A DNA stretch of 64,000 nucleotides. It comes from Carcharhinus amblyrhynchos. Its lineage: Eukaryota. Shown here one piece after another: positions 52,573 to 64,000 of the stretch (position 1 is the first letter of the stretch; each line of letters starts with the position of its first letter). Below the pieces are notes generated by a model, which searched no databases, was not told the origin of the DNA, and saw only the letters and a program-made list of their open reading frames with translations. The stretch spans positions 39,742,001 through 39,806,000 of the forward strand of contig OZ336887.1 in NCBI GenBank assembly GCA_965287045.1, written 5' to 3'. The translations under genes were made by a program, and so were the position numbers.

Positions 52573-53855
52573 GGGTGGCATGGTGGCACAGTGGTTAGCA
52601 CTGCTGCCTCACAGTGCCAGGGACCCGGGTTCGATTCCCAGCTTGGGTCACTGTCTGTGTGGAATTTTCATGTTCGTCCTGTGTCTGTCTGGGTTTCCTC
52701 TGGATGCTCTGGTTTCCTCCCACAGTCCAAAGATGTGTGGGTTAGGCTGACTGGCCACGTTAAATTGACCTTAGGGTCGGGGGATTAGTAGGGTGAATGA
52801 GGGTTGTGGGGGGTGGGGTCTGGGTGGGATTATAGTTGGTGCGGACTCCTTCTGCACTGTAGTGATTCTATTCTATGATTCTATAATTATAACCTGTCTA
52901 TAACTTCAATTTATCTATAGCCTATTGGTAACTGCAACATATAATGGTGGTACTGATACATATCTGTAGATACGTCTGAGACAATCATTTTTCTGCAAAA
53001 ATTACTCATTTTCAATCATTCCTCTGTCAATCCTTAACTCCCATTGATTTCGAATATAGTCTTTTTTTATTCTTTCATAGGAAATGGGCAGTGCTGGCTG
53101 GCTAGCATTTATTGCCCATTCCTAGTTGCCCTTGGAGGCAGGTGAGAGTTAACCACCAGGCCAGATCAGGTAAGGATGTCAGATGGGGCTAAAGGGATAT
53201 GGGGGGATAGGGGGAAATCGGGATATTGAATTCGATGATCAGCCATGATCAAAATGAATGGTGAAGCAGACTCGAGGGCTGAATAGCCTACTCCTGCTTC
53301 TAGTTTCTATTCCCTTCCCTAAAGGACATGAGAGAACCAGATGGGTTTTCTTAATTCCAGATACTTGTTATTGAATTCAAGTTCCACCATCTGCCATGGC
53401 AGGGTTCGAACCTGGGTCCCCAACACATTAACTGAGTTTCTGGGATCCGATAATACCACTAGGCCATCATCACCATCAATACCAAACCAGTTGGTCATTC
53501 TCTTCATTATAGTTTGAAAGACAGGCTGACCAGTGTGATTCATATCATGGAATTCCTACAGTACTGAAGGCCATTCAGCCCATCAAGTCTGTACTGACCA
53601 CCACCTCACCCAGGCCCTATTCCCATAACTCTCATTTACCCTAGCAAATCTCCCTGACACTAGGGTCAATTTAGCATGGCCAATCAACCTAACCCATACA
53701 CCTTTGGAGTGTGAGAGGAAACTGGAGCACCCAAAGGAATCCCATGCTGATATGGGGAGAACGTGCAGACTGCACACAGATAGTGACTTGAGGCTGGGAT
53801 TGAACCTAGGTCTCTGGGAGGCAGCAGTGCTAACCACTGTGCCACCGTGCCGCCC
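52573..53855. mobile_element. V-SINE (+) 52573-52883, second tRNA-SINE family (-) 53065-53470 with nested CR1 tail, V-SINE (-) 53545-53855
   Basis: Family-diagnostic heads and tails. Confidence 0.82.
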
Positions 53856-54454
53856 AGTGACTACACCACAAATGTAATGGATCAGTGGCGCAAAGTGCTT
53901 TGTGGCGTTCTGAGAATGTGGAAAGCGTTAATTAAATTCCAGCTCATTCTCACTATCGCTTTGATGGAAGAACTTGCACTGGCAAAAGGGGAATGAAAAG
54001 TCTCCATCTGTTCTGTGGTTTTGAGTGCTGAGAAGCAGGACAGAACATACTGGAAAATAAATGTTCTAATTAGCAAAAGGCAAGACAGCACTCCATACAT
54101 TTGCTTGCTTCTTCAATAAGGAGCCCCTTTTACTTTTATGTGCCTGTGCTGCAATCCAAAGTGCTTCTTTTCCCACTGACATTGAAAATCAAAAGCAGTT
54201 CCATCGTGCCCAGTTACATAACACAAGCTTAGGCACATTGACCATTGATGCATCTCCATGCATATTCATCTACGGTTGGGGCTCAGTGTTGAAATGCAAC
54301 CCCTAAATTTGTCTCACCAATGCATCTTTCAGTGTACATCAGGGAGTGCTCATATCTTTTGATTCAGAAAGTTGAGGATTCAAGTCCCACTCTGGAGACT
54401 TGAACACAAATCTCTAAGCTCCCAGCACTGTACTGAGAGAATAAAAACAGAAGG

Positions 54455-54960
54455 GCTAGGAGCAGGAGTAGGCTATCTGGTCCCTCGAGCCTGCTCTGCC
54501 ATTCAATAAGATCATGGCTGATCTTTTTGTGGACTCAGCTCCACTTACCTGCCCACTCACCATAACCCTTAATTCCCTTACTGTTCAAAAATCTATCTAT
54601 TCTTGCCTTAAAAATATTCAATGAGGTAGCCTCAACTGCTTCACTGGGCAGGGAATTCCACAGATTCACAACTCTTTGGAGGAAGAAGTTCTTCCTCAAC
54701 TCAGTCCTAAATCTGCTCCCCCTTATTTTGAGGCCATGCACCCTAGTTCTAGTTTCACCCGCCAGTGGAAACAACCTCCCTGCTTCTATCTTATCCATTC
54801 CCTTCATAATCTTTATATGCTTCTATAAGATCCTCCCCATTCTTCTAAATTCCCAATGAGTGTAGCCCCAGTCTACTCAGTCTCTCCTCATAAGCCAACC
54901 CCTCAACTCCAGAATCAACCTCGGCACCCCCTCCAGTGCCAGTATATTCTTTCTCAAGTA
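54455..54960 (-). mobile_element. CR1 LINE 3' fragment
   Basis: MKGMDKIEAGRLFPLAGETRTR...FFLQRVVNLWNSLP. Confidence 0.9.
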
Positions 54961-55079
54961 GTGTTGCAGTGTCTTTCTGATGACTTTCAGACCAAGGCCC
55001 TATATACCCTCACAGGTATATCCCTTAGAACTGCTTTGAAGAGCCAGGGAGTTATCCCAATGTCCATGTAATCATTACA

Positions 55080-55383
55080 TTGCAAAATGAAGCCATTCAG
55101 CCTATTGAGTCTGCAGCAACTCTCTATCAGAGTGTCTTACCCAGGCCCTATCCCCCGCCTTAACCCTGTAACCCCACACATTTACCTTGCTAATCCATCC
55201 AACCTACACATCTTGGGACACTAATTTAGCACAGCCAATCTGCACATCATTGTAGTGTGAGAGGAAACCCACACAGATATGGGGAGAATGTACAAACTCC
55301 ACACAGACAGTGACCTGAGACCAGAATCGAACCTAGATCCCTGGTGCTGAGGCAGCAGTGCTAACCACTGTGCCACCGTACCG
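55080..55383 (-). mobile_element. V-SINE
   Basis: Reverse head ...cagtgctaaccactgtgccaccgtacc. Confidence 0.85.
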
Positions 55384-55499
55384 CAGTAAAAAGTCTGACA
55401 ACACCAGGTTTTAGTCCAACCTATTTATTTGATAATATACTCATATATTATCAAATAAATAGGTTGGACTAAAACCTGGTGTTGTCAGACTTTTTACTG
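55384..55499. repeat. Perfect 56-bp palindrome (4-nt loop) derived from Penelope-like termini
   Basis: 55384-55439 is the exact reverse complement of 55444-55499; sequence matches 42020-42070. Confidence 0.93.
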
Positions 55500-56344
55500 T
55501 GTTTACGCCAGTCCAACGCCGGCATACCCACATCACTGTACCGCCCACAGGCCTGGAGTTATTTCTCAACCAATGACACTAAATCTGATTATCTGTCTAT
55601 TATCTCATTGCTGCTTCTGGGGGCTTGCTGTATGCAAATTGGTTGCTGCATTAGCACAGTAACACAGGTGGAATTTCAGGCGAAAGAACAGTGGCAATTT
55701 CCCCACACACGGTGATTCTTTTGGAGATGTATAGGATAGTTGGATTAGCAGGGTAAATGTGTATGGTTACTGGGATAAGGCGGCACATGGGGTTTTGAGA
55801 GGGGCAGGGCCTAAACACACCCAGCTTCATGGAGGTCGATCTGGCATTGAAACTGAGGATCCCCATCCCTTCCCCGTAGACATCAGGGACCTCCCCACTA
55901 CCTCATTGAAGGAGCGTTTACCCAATCCCCCTCCAAAGATCACTGGCACCAGGGCATTGGGGTCCTGCGAAGGGTTCCCTTCATGTCCCCACTTCATGCC
56001 CACTTTCATGACTTCCCTCATGAACCGCCCCCCCCCCCCCCCCCACATGACCCCCCACTTCATTCCCCTCTTCCTAACCACCTTACTCCTCACACCCCAC
56101 CCCCTTGGCACTGCTAGGTTGGCACTGTCAGGGTGGCAGTTAGCACTGCCAGATGAGCAATGCTCAGCCATGACTCTGACCGTGGGGGGCTTCAATGACC
56201 TCTGAATCCTGCCCCCCACAGTGTGGCCATCATGCCTGGTCTCTGTTTATGGCTGAAAGAAGCAGGGGCTGAAAATATAGCAACAACTTTAACGGTATCT
56301 TGAAAATCAGTCATCTCTATCGCCTAGAAGAGCAAGGGTGGGGA

Positions 56345-56688
56345 AGCACTGTGGTTAGCATTGCCGCTTCACAGTGCCAGAGACCTGGGTTCGATTCCAG
56401 TCTCGGGTCACTGTCTGTGTGGAGTTTGTGCGCTTTCTCTATGTCTGCGTGGGTTCCCTCCGGGTGCTCTGGTTTCCTCCCACAGTCCAAAGGTGTGTAG
56501 GTTAGGTGGATTGGCCACACTAAATTGCCCCTTAGAGTTCAAAGATGTTTGGGTTAGGATAATTAGCCATGGTAAGTACATGGTGTTGTGGGAATAGGGC
56601 GGGGGGCTGGGTAAGATGCCTCTTTAGATAGTCGGTGCAGACTCGATGGACCGAATGGCCTCCTTGTACATTGTAGGGATTCTATGAT
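56345..56688 (+). mobile_element. V-SINE
   Basis: gtggttagcattgccgcttcacagtgcc...tgtagggattctatga. Confidence 0.88.
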
Positions 56689-57123
56689 GGGTAGCTGGTG
56701 CAGGGAAACACCATCACCTCACAGCCTCACTCACACACACATTATCCGGACTTATCCCGCCATTTCTTCGTCTTCACACAATCAAAAACTTGTCAATTTG
56801 TACCAAACACCACGGCCAGAATCCAACCACTGTTCACACCGGCGGGATTTTCTCATCCTGCTGCAATGAATGGAGATTTGGCTGGGCGCCAAATTCTCCG
56901 GCACTGCTGCAGCGGGACCGTGGTGTTATCAACTGGTGAGATTGCACGGGTTTACCTCCACCTCATGGGACTGCACTGCCTCAGGGAGGCTGTTGCCCGC
57001 CAAAAAAGTTTCAAGAAATGGGCTGGCCTAGCCAAGGCTGCCACAAGCTGTCAATGAACAAACATAACGAAAAGGAAGTAGCAACCATTGTGGCACTATG
57101 ATTGTCGAAAAAAATTGCCATTA

Positions 57124-57985
57124 ATGCTGGAGTACTGTGTGCAGTTTTGGGCGCCGCACCTGCGCAAAGATATTTTGGCCTTGGAGGGGGTGCAGAGGAG
57201 GTTTACTAGGCTGATACCGGAGTTGAGGGGGTTGAGCTATGAGGAGAGGCTGAATAAACTGGGCTTGTACTCGTTAGAGTTTAGAAGAATGAGGGGAGAT
57301 CTCATTGAGACGTATAAGATGATGAATGGGATGGATAGGATAGAGGTGGAGAGACTCTTCCCGCTCAAAAAAGACAGTAGGACTAGGGGGCACAGCCTCA
57401 AGATAAAAGGGGGGCGGTTTAGAACGGAGTTGAGGAGGAACTTCTTCACTCAAAGGGTGGTGAATCTCTGGAATTCTCTGCCCGTTGAAGTGGTGGAGGC
57501 TGCCTCGCTAAATATTTTTAAGACGCGGGTTGATGGGTTTTTGATAAGAGAGGGGATTAAGGGTTATGGGGAGAAAGCGGGAAAGTGGAACTGAGTCACG
57601 ACAGATCAGCCATGATCTTATTGAATGGCGGGGCAGGCTCGAAGGGCTAGATGGCCTACTCCTGCTCCTATTTCTAATGTTCTTATTAGACTCTATAATA
57701 ACCCATAGTACAAATTGCCAAGATTTTGATTGTGTGAGGATGAAGAAATAGTGGTATTGGAGATGTCAGGCATAAGTTTTCACTCAGAGGGGGGTGAGTG
57801 AGTGGAATCGGCTGCTGTCGGTGGTGGTGGAGGCAAACTCGTTGGAGTCTTTTAAGAGACTTTTGGATGAGTACATGGGATTTAATGGGATTGAGTGTTA
57901 TAGATAGGCCTGGTAGGTAGGGATATGATCGGCACAACTTGTGGGCCGAAGGGCCTGTTTGTGCTGTTATGTTCTATGTTCTATA
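57124..57985 (+). mobile_element. Two adjacent CR1 3' fragments (first one young, uninterrupted frame)
   Basis: LEYCVQFWAPHLRKDILALEGVQRRFTRLIP...; both end in CR1 microsatellite tails. Confidence 0.92.
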
Positions 57986-58554
57986 GTAGAAGGCAGGGTG
58001 CAATGAGACATAATGGGGAAAATGTTCTTGTTTAGCCCACTAATTGAGTGGTCACGAGCGGGACAGACTATTTGACAGACCATTTAAAGGTCAGTTGACC
58101 TCGGGTGGGATTTTCCGGTCCTGGGGTGGGCCGTACAAGATAATCCTGCCCACTGTGCACAAAGCTAATTTTTATTTTTACAAGGTTGGGTCTTCAGTCA
58201 ATCCTAGTAGTTGGTGTGTGAGGTCTTATTTATAGTTTCCTCCAGGTGCTCCGGTTTCCTCCCACTGTCCAAAGATGTGTGGGTTGGGTGGATTGGCTAT
58301 AATAAATTGCCCCTTGGTATCAGGGCAATAGCAGAGGAATGCATGGGGTTACAGGGATTGGGTAGGATTGTAGTCAGTGCAGAGTCAATGGGCTGAATGG
58401 CCTTCTTCTGCTTTGTAGGGATTCTATGATGCTAAAGTGATAACACATGCATGAGATTTTTAAATGATTCATTCTTGTGATCTGAAATGCGCTACCTGAT
58501 AAGGTGGTGGAAGCATATTCAATTGTGACTTGCAAAACAAAATCAGATCTAGAC

Positions 58555-59225
58555 TCAGAGAATAGAACAGCACAGCACATGAACAGGCTGTTTGGCCCAC
58601 AATGTTGTATTGAACATGACACCAAATTAAACAAATCCCTTCCGCCTGCCCTTGGCCCACATCCCTTGATTCCTTATCTAAAAGCCCCTGTCACATCTGC
58701 CCCCACCACCACTCCTGGCAGTGCATTCCAGATACCTACCACTCTCTGTATAAGAAAACTTGCCCCTCGCATCTTCTTAGAGCCTTCCCTTTCTCAACTT
58801 AAGTGCACATCCCCTAGTATTAGACGTTTCAATTCTGGGAAAAGGATTCTGACTGTCAACCCTATCTGTGCCTCTCATCATTTTATAGATTTCTCCTCAG
58901 ACTCCGCTGCTCCAGAGAGAAAAACCCGAGTTTGTCCAGCCTCTCCTTATAGCTCATACTCTCTAATCCAGGCAGCATCCTGGTAAGCCTCTTCTGCAAC
59001 CTTGCCAAAACCTCAACACTCTTCCTGTAACGTGGTGACCAGAATTGAACGCAATATTCTAAACGCAGACTAAACTAAATTTTATAAATCTGCAACATGA
59101 CATCCTGACCCTTGTACTCAATACCCTGACCACCCTGTCTACTTGAGTAGCCCCATTTTCAGGGAACTATGGATTTGAACCCCAAGATACCTCGGTACAT
59201 CAATGCTGTCCAGGGTCCTGCCACT
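58555..59225 (-). mobile_element. CR1 LINE 3' fragment
   Basis: tatgagctataaggagaggctggacaaactcgggtt on the minus strand; tail at 58555-58600. Confidence 0.85.
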
Positions 59226-59454
59226 AACTTGAAAAGGAGAAATTTGCCGAGCTGAAGTTGGGGGGGGGTGGTGTTAATTGGGTCACTCTTTCTCTGAGCT
59301 AGCACAGGTACAATGGGTTGAATTCCACCCCCTGCCCCCGGAATTTTCGAATTTATGGTTTTATTAACCCTTTCTGCCCACACATGAGCCAGAGACAGCC
59401 GGTGCCTCCAACGACCCGAAAAGGAGTGGCATGTAAAGAATGGCCAACACTCAC

Positions 59455-59593
59455 CTAACTTTGTGATGCCAATTTCTTGCAGGTCCTCCCAGGTAATGTC
59501 AGTGATGAACTCAATGTTCTCGTAACCATTCTCCACTAACGTCTTGTAATATTGAGCAAGGCCAATGATTGTGAGCCATTCCATCAGATCATT
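59455..59593 (-). CDS. CASKIN1: CASKIN1 coding exon (second SAM domain)
   Basis: ttcaag|AAT GAT CTG ATG GAA TGG...TTA G|gtgagt; [42 protein letters not shown], closer to CASKIN1 than CASKIN2; synteny with TRAF7 agrees. Confidence 0.95.
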
Positions 59594-59834
59594 CTTGAAA
59601 AAAGGAAACAGAAAAGTATTGAGCGTATTGTTGCATTAGGATAAAAAGTGAATAACAATTCTTCTCAACGTCCAGTGGGGCTGGGTTAGACCTCGGGCTC
59701 AAATTGTAAATTGTAACCAATTTTCTTTTGGAAAATGGCAAGAGAGGATTTGCACCTTACATTTTGGAGCTTCTAGTAATGTGCTCACTTCGGATGTAAC
59801 ATTCTTATTTGAGGTCCGATACGGTGGGGGTAAA

Positions 59835-60130
59835 GGGTGGCATGGTGGCACACTGGTTAGCACTGCTGCTTCATAGCGCCAGGGACCCAGGTTCGATTCC
59901 AACCTTGGGTCACTGTCTGTGCAGACTCTGCACGTTCTCCCCGTGTCTGTGTGGATTTCCTCCGGGTGCTCCAGTTTCCTCCCGCAGTCCGAAAGATGTG
60001 CAGGTTAGGTGGATTGGCAATGCTAAATTCTCCCTCAGTGTACCCGAACGGAGTGTGGTGACTAGGGGATTTTCACAGTGACTTCTTTGCAGTGTTAATG
60101 TAAGCCAACTTGCGATACTAATAAATAATC
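59835..60130 (+). mobile_element. V-SINE, alternative-tail subfamily
   Basis: Full head, V domain and the alternative tail. Confidence 0.88.
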
Positions 60131-61441
60131 TTTAATGGCGACATTTTCGGTCTGCGTTTGCCCCAAGACTAGAAAATTGCGCCCGAGGTCAATGGATCTT
60201 TGCATGATCGTGTCCTGCCTGGTACCATTCCCGTAGTGGGGGGGGGGGGGATGGGAAAATTCCGCCTTAAGTTTCCACTTTGGACAAATCAGGAAATAGC
60301 TTCCAAAATGCAGTCGAAATTGCGTCGGTCATGTTGGAGACAAAGTTTGTGCTAACGGTGTCACAAACCTCGCTGCAAACTTTCACCCATCGAAACTGGG
60401 AAATGAATTTGAAATTTTAATGGCGTGACTGCCCACATTTTATGTTCAATTTACGTGCCAGAGTTTCTCGCCATCGCGTTGGAACCGCAGTCGACTCACC
60501 TCACACTGGTAAATGTGTGTTAACATTTGCTTCTGAATAAATTAACTTTTGAATTGCAGCCTAATTGATACCTGCCAAGCATTTCGTTCTGAGGAGTGCC
60601 TGGCAAACTGTGGCACGCTAGGTCAGTTCTGCTTGGGATGAAGCAAGGGTGGGGGCGAAGGCAGGAAGGGAAAGAAGCCGCAAGTTGCCAACACAAACGT
60701 GTCACCCTACCCCCCTCCCACTGCCATTCCCTTCTCCTCCACATACACCCCCTCCCCCTTCTCCCCCAGCACCATCCTACTTTTAATTACTCACCGTGGA
60801 AATGCATGATACATCCATAAAACTCTGTCAAAGATCATCGATTTACACCTCGGTATGAGTAAGGAAAGCATCATCGGGTGAGCTGGAGAATGGATGTCGG
60901 AGGAATGGTGGGGTGGCAAATGCGATGCGTAACTCTGGGAGTAGGAACTGACAGATTTCAGACACCCCCTTTCAAAGCCCCGAGGAGCTGAGGACCTTTT
61001 TTTCTTAAAACAGGGCTATTGTTAGTGGCAATTCTGTCGGAGCTTGAAATCATGTCTTTCCCTTTCAGAGAAGTACATTAACCACTGAAGCTGCATAAAA
61101 GCGAGGGTGGGGTGCGGTCTGTGCTTTAGAAATCAACGTTCAGTCAAAGGAGATCAAAGTGAAAAAAAAATCAAAAGACACACAGTGTGTAATTGAGGCG
61201 AGATAATAGAAGAGTCTTTCTTCCCTGCTTATTTGGCCAGGAAAGTGGCGAAGAAATTTTGATAGGCAGGTCCGCATAATAGACAGACAAAGGATCTATT
61301 GAATCTCTCATTCCCAAACGGCTGTGTCATTTTGATGGGTGTTCATGTCGGAACCCAGAGCACAGATTGTGCTGTGAGGAAAATTGGAAGCAGCTCTCGG
61401 ACTCAGTACGCTTTCACACATCTGATATTTCTTTACAATTA

Positions 61442-61958
61442 TAGAATCATAGAATTCCTACGGAGCAGAAGGAGGCTGTTCGGCCCATCGAGTCTGCACC
61501 AAAACTCCACCCATAGAGTCACAGAGACGTACAGCACAGGAACAGGCCCTTCGGCCCAACTTGCCCATGCTGACCAGGTATCCAAAACTGAACTCGTCCC
61601 ATTTGCCTGCGTTTGGCCTGTATGCCTTTCCTATCCATATACCTGTCCAAATTGCCTGTCAGTGGGTGGCTCCTTGCACGTAATGGCTTGGAATTCACCC
61701 GGTGGAAACCCCATTTCGGTATTGTCCACTACCCACCCAGGCCCTATTCTCGTAACCCCACATATTTACCCTACTAATCCCCAAAGGTCAATTTAGCATG
61801 GCCAATCAATCTCACATCTTTGGGCTGTGGGAGGAAACCCACACAGACATGGGGAGAACGTGTAGACTCCACACAGACAGTGACCCAAGGCTGGGATTGA
61901 ACTCGGGTTCCTGGGGCTGTGAGGCAGCAGCGCTATTCACTGTGCCACCGTGCCGCCC
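61442..61958 (-). mobile_element. V-SINE interrupted by a ~220-bp insert (61512-61735)
   Basis: SINE tail at 61442-61511 resumes at 61736. Confidence 0.8.
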
Positions 61959-62609
61959 ACTTATTCATTTTATCTTTTTTTGCCGGTCCTCGACCTCTGC
62001 TTTCGAAGGACAGTTGTGCCCTGTACCCCCTTGTGTTTTTTGACACATTAGTTGTGATGTGTGGGTATGGCCAGGTAACCCCCTACCTGTGAGGGGAAGG
62101 TGAATGGTCACTCCTCAGTCTCTGGAGGAGCCTAGCGATAGCGCTGACGTGTGAAGTTCACAATTCGATGCACTTCGATTCAATCATGCAACGGAATTTT
62201 CCTTCCCTGCCTTCCACGGGAATCGTGGCGGGCGGAACAGGACCATGCAGAGATCCGTTGAACTTGGGTGGGATTTTCTGGTCTTGAGGGCAAGCGTGGT
62301 TGGATCTTTGCATGATCCCGTCCTGTCCGTTACCATTCCCGTAGTAGGCGGGATGGGAACAGAGATATACCAGTGCAGAAACAGGCCCTTCGGCCCAACT
62401 CATCCGTGCTGACTAGGTTTCCTAAACTGAACTCGACCCATGCGTTTGGCCTCTAAACCTCTTCTAACCATGCACCTGTCCAAATTGCCCGTCAGTGGGT
62501 GGCTCCTTGCACATAATGGCTTGGAATTCACCCGGTGACGGGTATTACACTGAAAACCCCATTTCGGTATTGTCCACTACCCATTGCATGGGGCAACAGT
62601 AAGTCTGAG

Positions 62610-62985
62610 CCGTGGCTCAGCCAATCGCACTTGCCTCTCAGTCAGAACTTCATGGGTTCAAGCCTCACTCCGGGGCTTTCCCAGAGCAGTATTGCAGGAG
62701 TGCTGCATTATTGGAGGCGCTGGCTTTTGGATGGGGCGTTAAATCTGGTCTTTCTGGTGAGCATAAAAGATCCCGTGGCGTTACTTCGAAGAAGAGCCAG
62801 GGAGTTATCCTGGATGACAGTTGTATCTGTCATTATAATATAACAGCTCCGTTTGTGGGAGCTTGCTGTGCGCAAGTCGCCCACCCATGTTCCCCGTATT
62901 ACCACAGTGACCTCACTCAGGAGGCTGTGAAGCATTGCGGGAGTCCTAAGGTCACAAAGGGTGGTATTAATGAAAGCTATTTGTT
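62610..62985 (+). mobile_element. Deu-domain SINE (SacSINE1-like)
   Basis: tRNA-like head gtggctcag..gggttcaagcc, then ggagtgctgcattattggagg...aaaagatcccgtggc...tgtgggagcttgctgtgcgcaa. Confidence 0.75.
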
Positions 62986-63689
62986 CATGCACAGAACACC
63001 TCTCTTCCAACTACCATACGCAACAAAGCAGGTCACCGTCTCTCTTAGAAAATGTGCAGTTACTCTCTGAAAGGGGACAACTTTTCTTTACAATTTTCTG
63101 TTACAGCCCTCTACGTAAGAAGCAGGATTGCCCAAAAACTAGAAAATCCCACCCAAGGTGAACAGACCTTTGCATGGTCCACCCCCTTCCCCGCACCCCC
63201 CGCCCCCACATCAGCACACACCTGGAGGAAACCCATGCAGACTTGGGGTGAACGTGCAGACTCCACACAGACAGTGACCCCAAGCCAGGAATCAAACCGG
63301 GGTCCCTGATGCTGTGAGACAGCAGTGTTAACCATCGTGCCACCCTCATTTAAAACTCTGCTTCCCACGATCTTAACTCACTTCATGTTTTATTCACCCA
63401 CCTTTCTTGTGCTTATTGATTTACATTGGCTCCCTGTCTCAATTTTAAAATTCCCATCCCAGCTTTGACATCCCTCTCTGTAACCTCCTGCCAGCCTTAC
63501 AATCCTTCGAGAGCTCTGTATCTGTCCAATTTTGGTCTCTTTAGGATGCCTGATTTTAATCGTGCCATCATTGGCAACGGTGCCTTCAGTTACATATGTC
63601 CTAATCTTTGGAATTCCCTTCCTAAATCTTTCAGCTTTTCTCTACTTCTTTAAGACGCTCCTAATCACCTACACTTTTGTTCACCTTTT

Positions 63690-64000
63690 TTTATTCATTT
63701 GTGGGACATGGGCGTCGCTGGCTGGCCAGCATTTATTGCCCATTCCTAGTTGTCTTTGGAGGGCAGTTGAGAGTCAAGTACATTGCTGTGGCTCTGGGGT
63801 CACATGTAGGCCAGACCAGATAAGGACGGCAGATTTCCTTCCCTAAAGGACATTAGTGAACCAGATGGGTTTTTTCCAACAATCGACAATGGTTTCAAGG
63901 TCATCATTCGATTCTTAATTCCAGATTTTTTTTATTGAATTCAAATTCCACCATCAGCCATGGCAGGATTCGAACTTGGGTCCACAGAACATTAGCTGAG
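63690..64000 (-). mobile_element. tRNA-SINE with LINE-derived tail (second family)
   Basis: gccagcatttattgcccattcctagttg...gaattcaaattccaccatc..gattcgaac; relatives at 1690-1795, 24505-24640, 31915-32030, 44720-44890 and 53065-53470. Confidence 0.78.

Overview
Vertebrate genomic DNA, almost certainly from an elasmobranch (shark), judged from HE1-like V-SINEs, a Deu-domain SINE, CR1 LINEs and Penelope-like elements. The window holds the 3' halves of two convergent genes, the same pair that neighbour each other on human 16p13.3. TRAF7 is on the + strand: 12 coding exons at 1058-18501, from the end of the zinc finger through the coiled coil and seven WD40 repeats, ending VWTC*. CASKIN1 is on the - strand: 4 coding exons at 59593-37547, covering SAM2, a 2244-nt proline-rich exon and the C-terminal ...[12 protein letters not shown]. 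All splice junctions are GT-AG and phase-compatible. Introns and intergenic DNA are dense with retroelement and MITE remnants, and there is one 151-N gap. The most notable non-routine observations are: (1) an inverted Penelope-like element with two minimal hammerhead ribozyme motifs starting 33 nt from a CASKIN1 splice donor; (2) two frame-preserving, ATG-containing 30- and 33-nt candidate micro or alternative-first exons in a TE-free island upstream of SAM2; (3) a perfect 56-bp Penelope-derived palindrome; (4) a ~260-bp inverted repeat bracketing a composite insert that contains a mini-intron; (5) a CR1 fragment in frame with a TRAF7 exon; (6) a small chimeric CR1-tailed unit present twice. 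No prokaryote-type system or CRISPR array is present.
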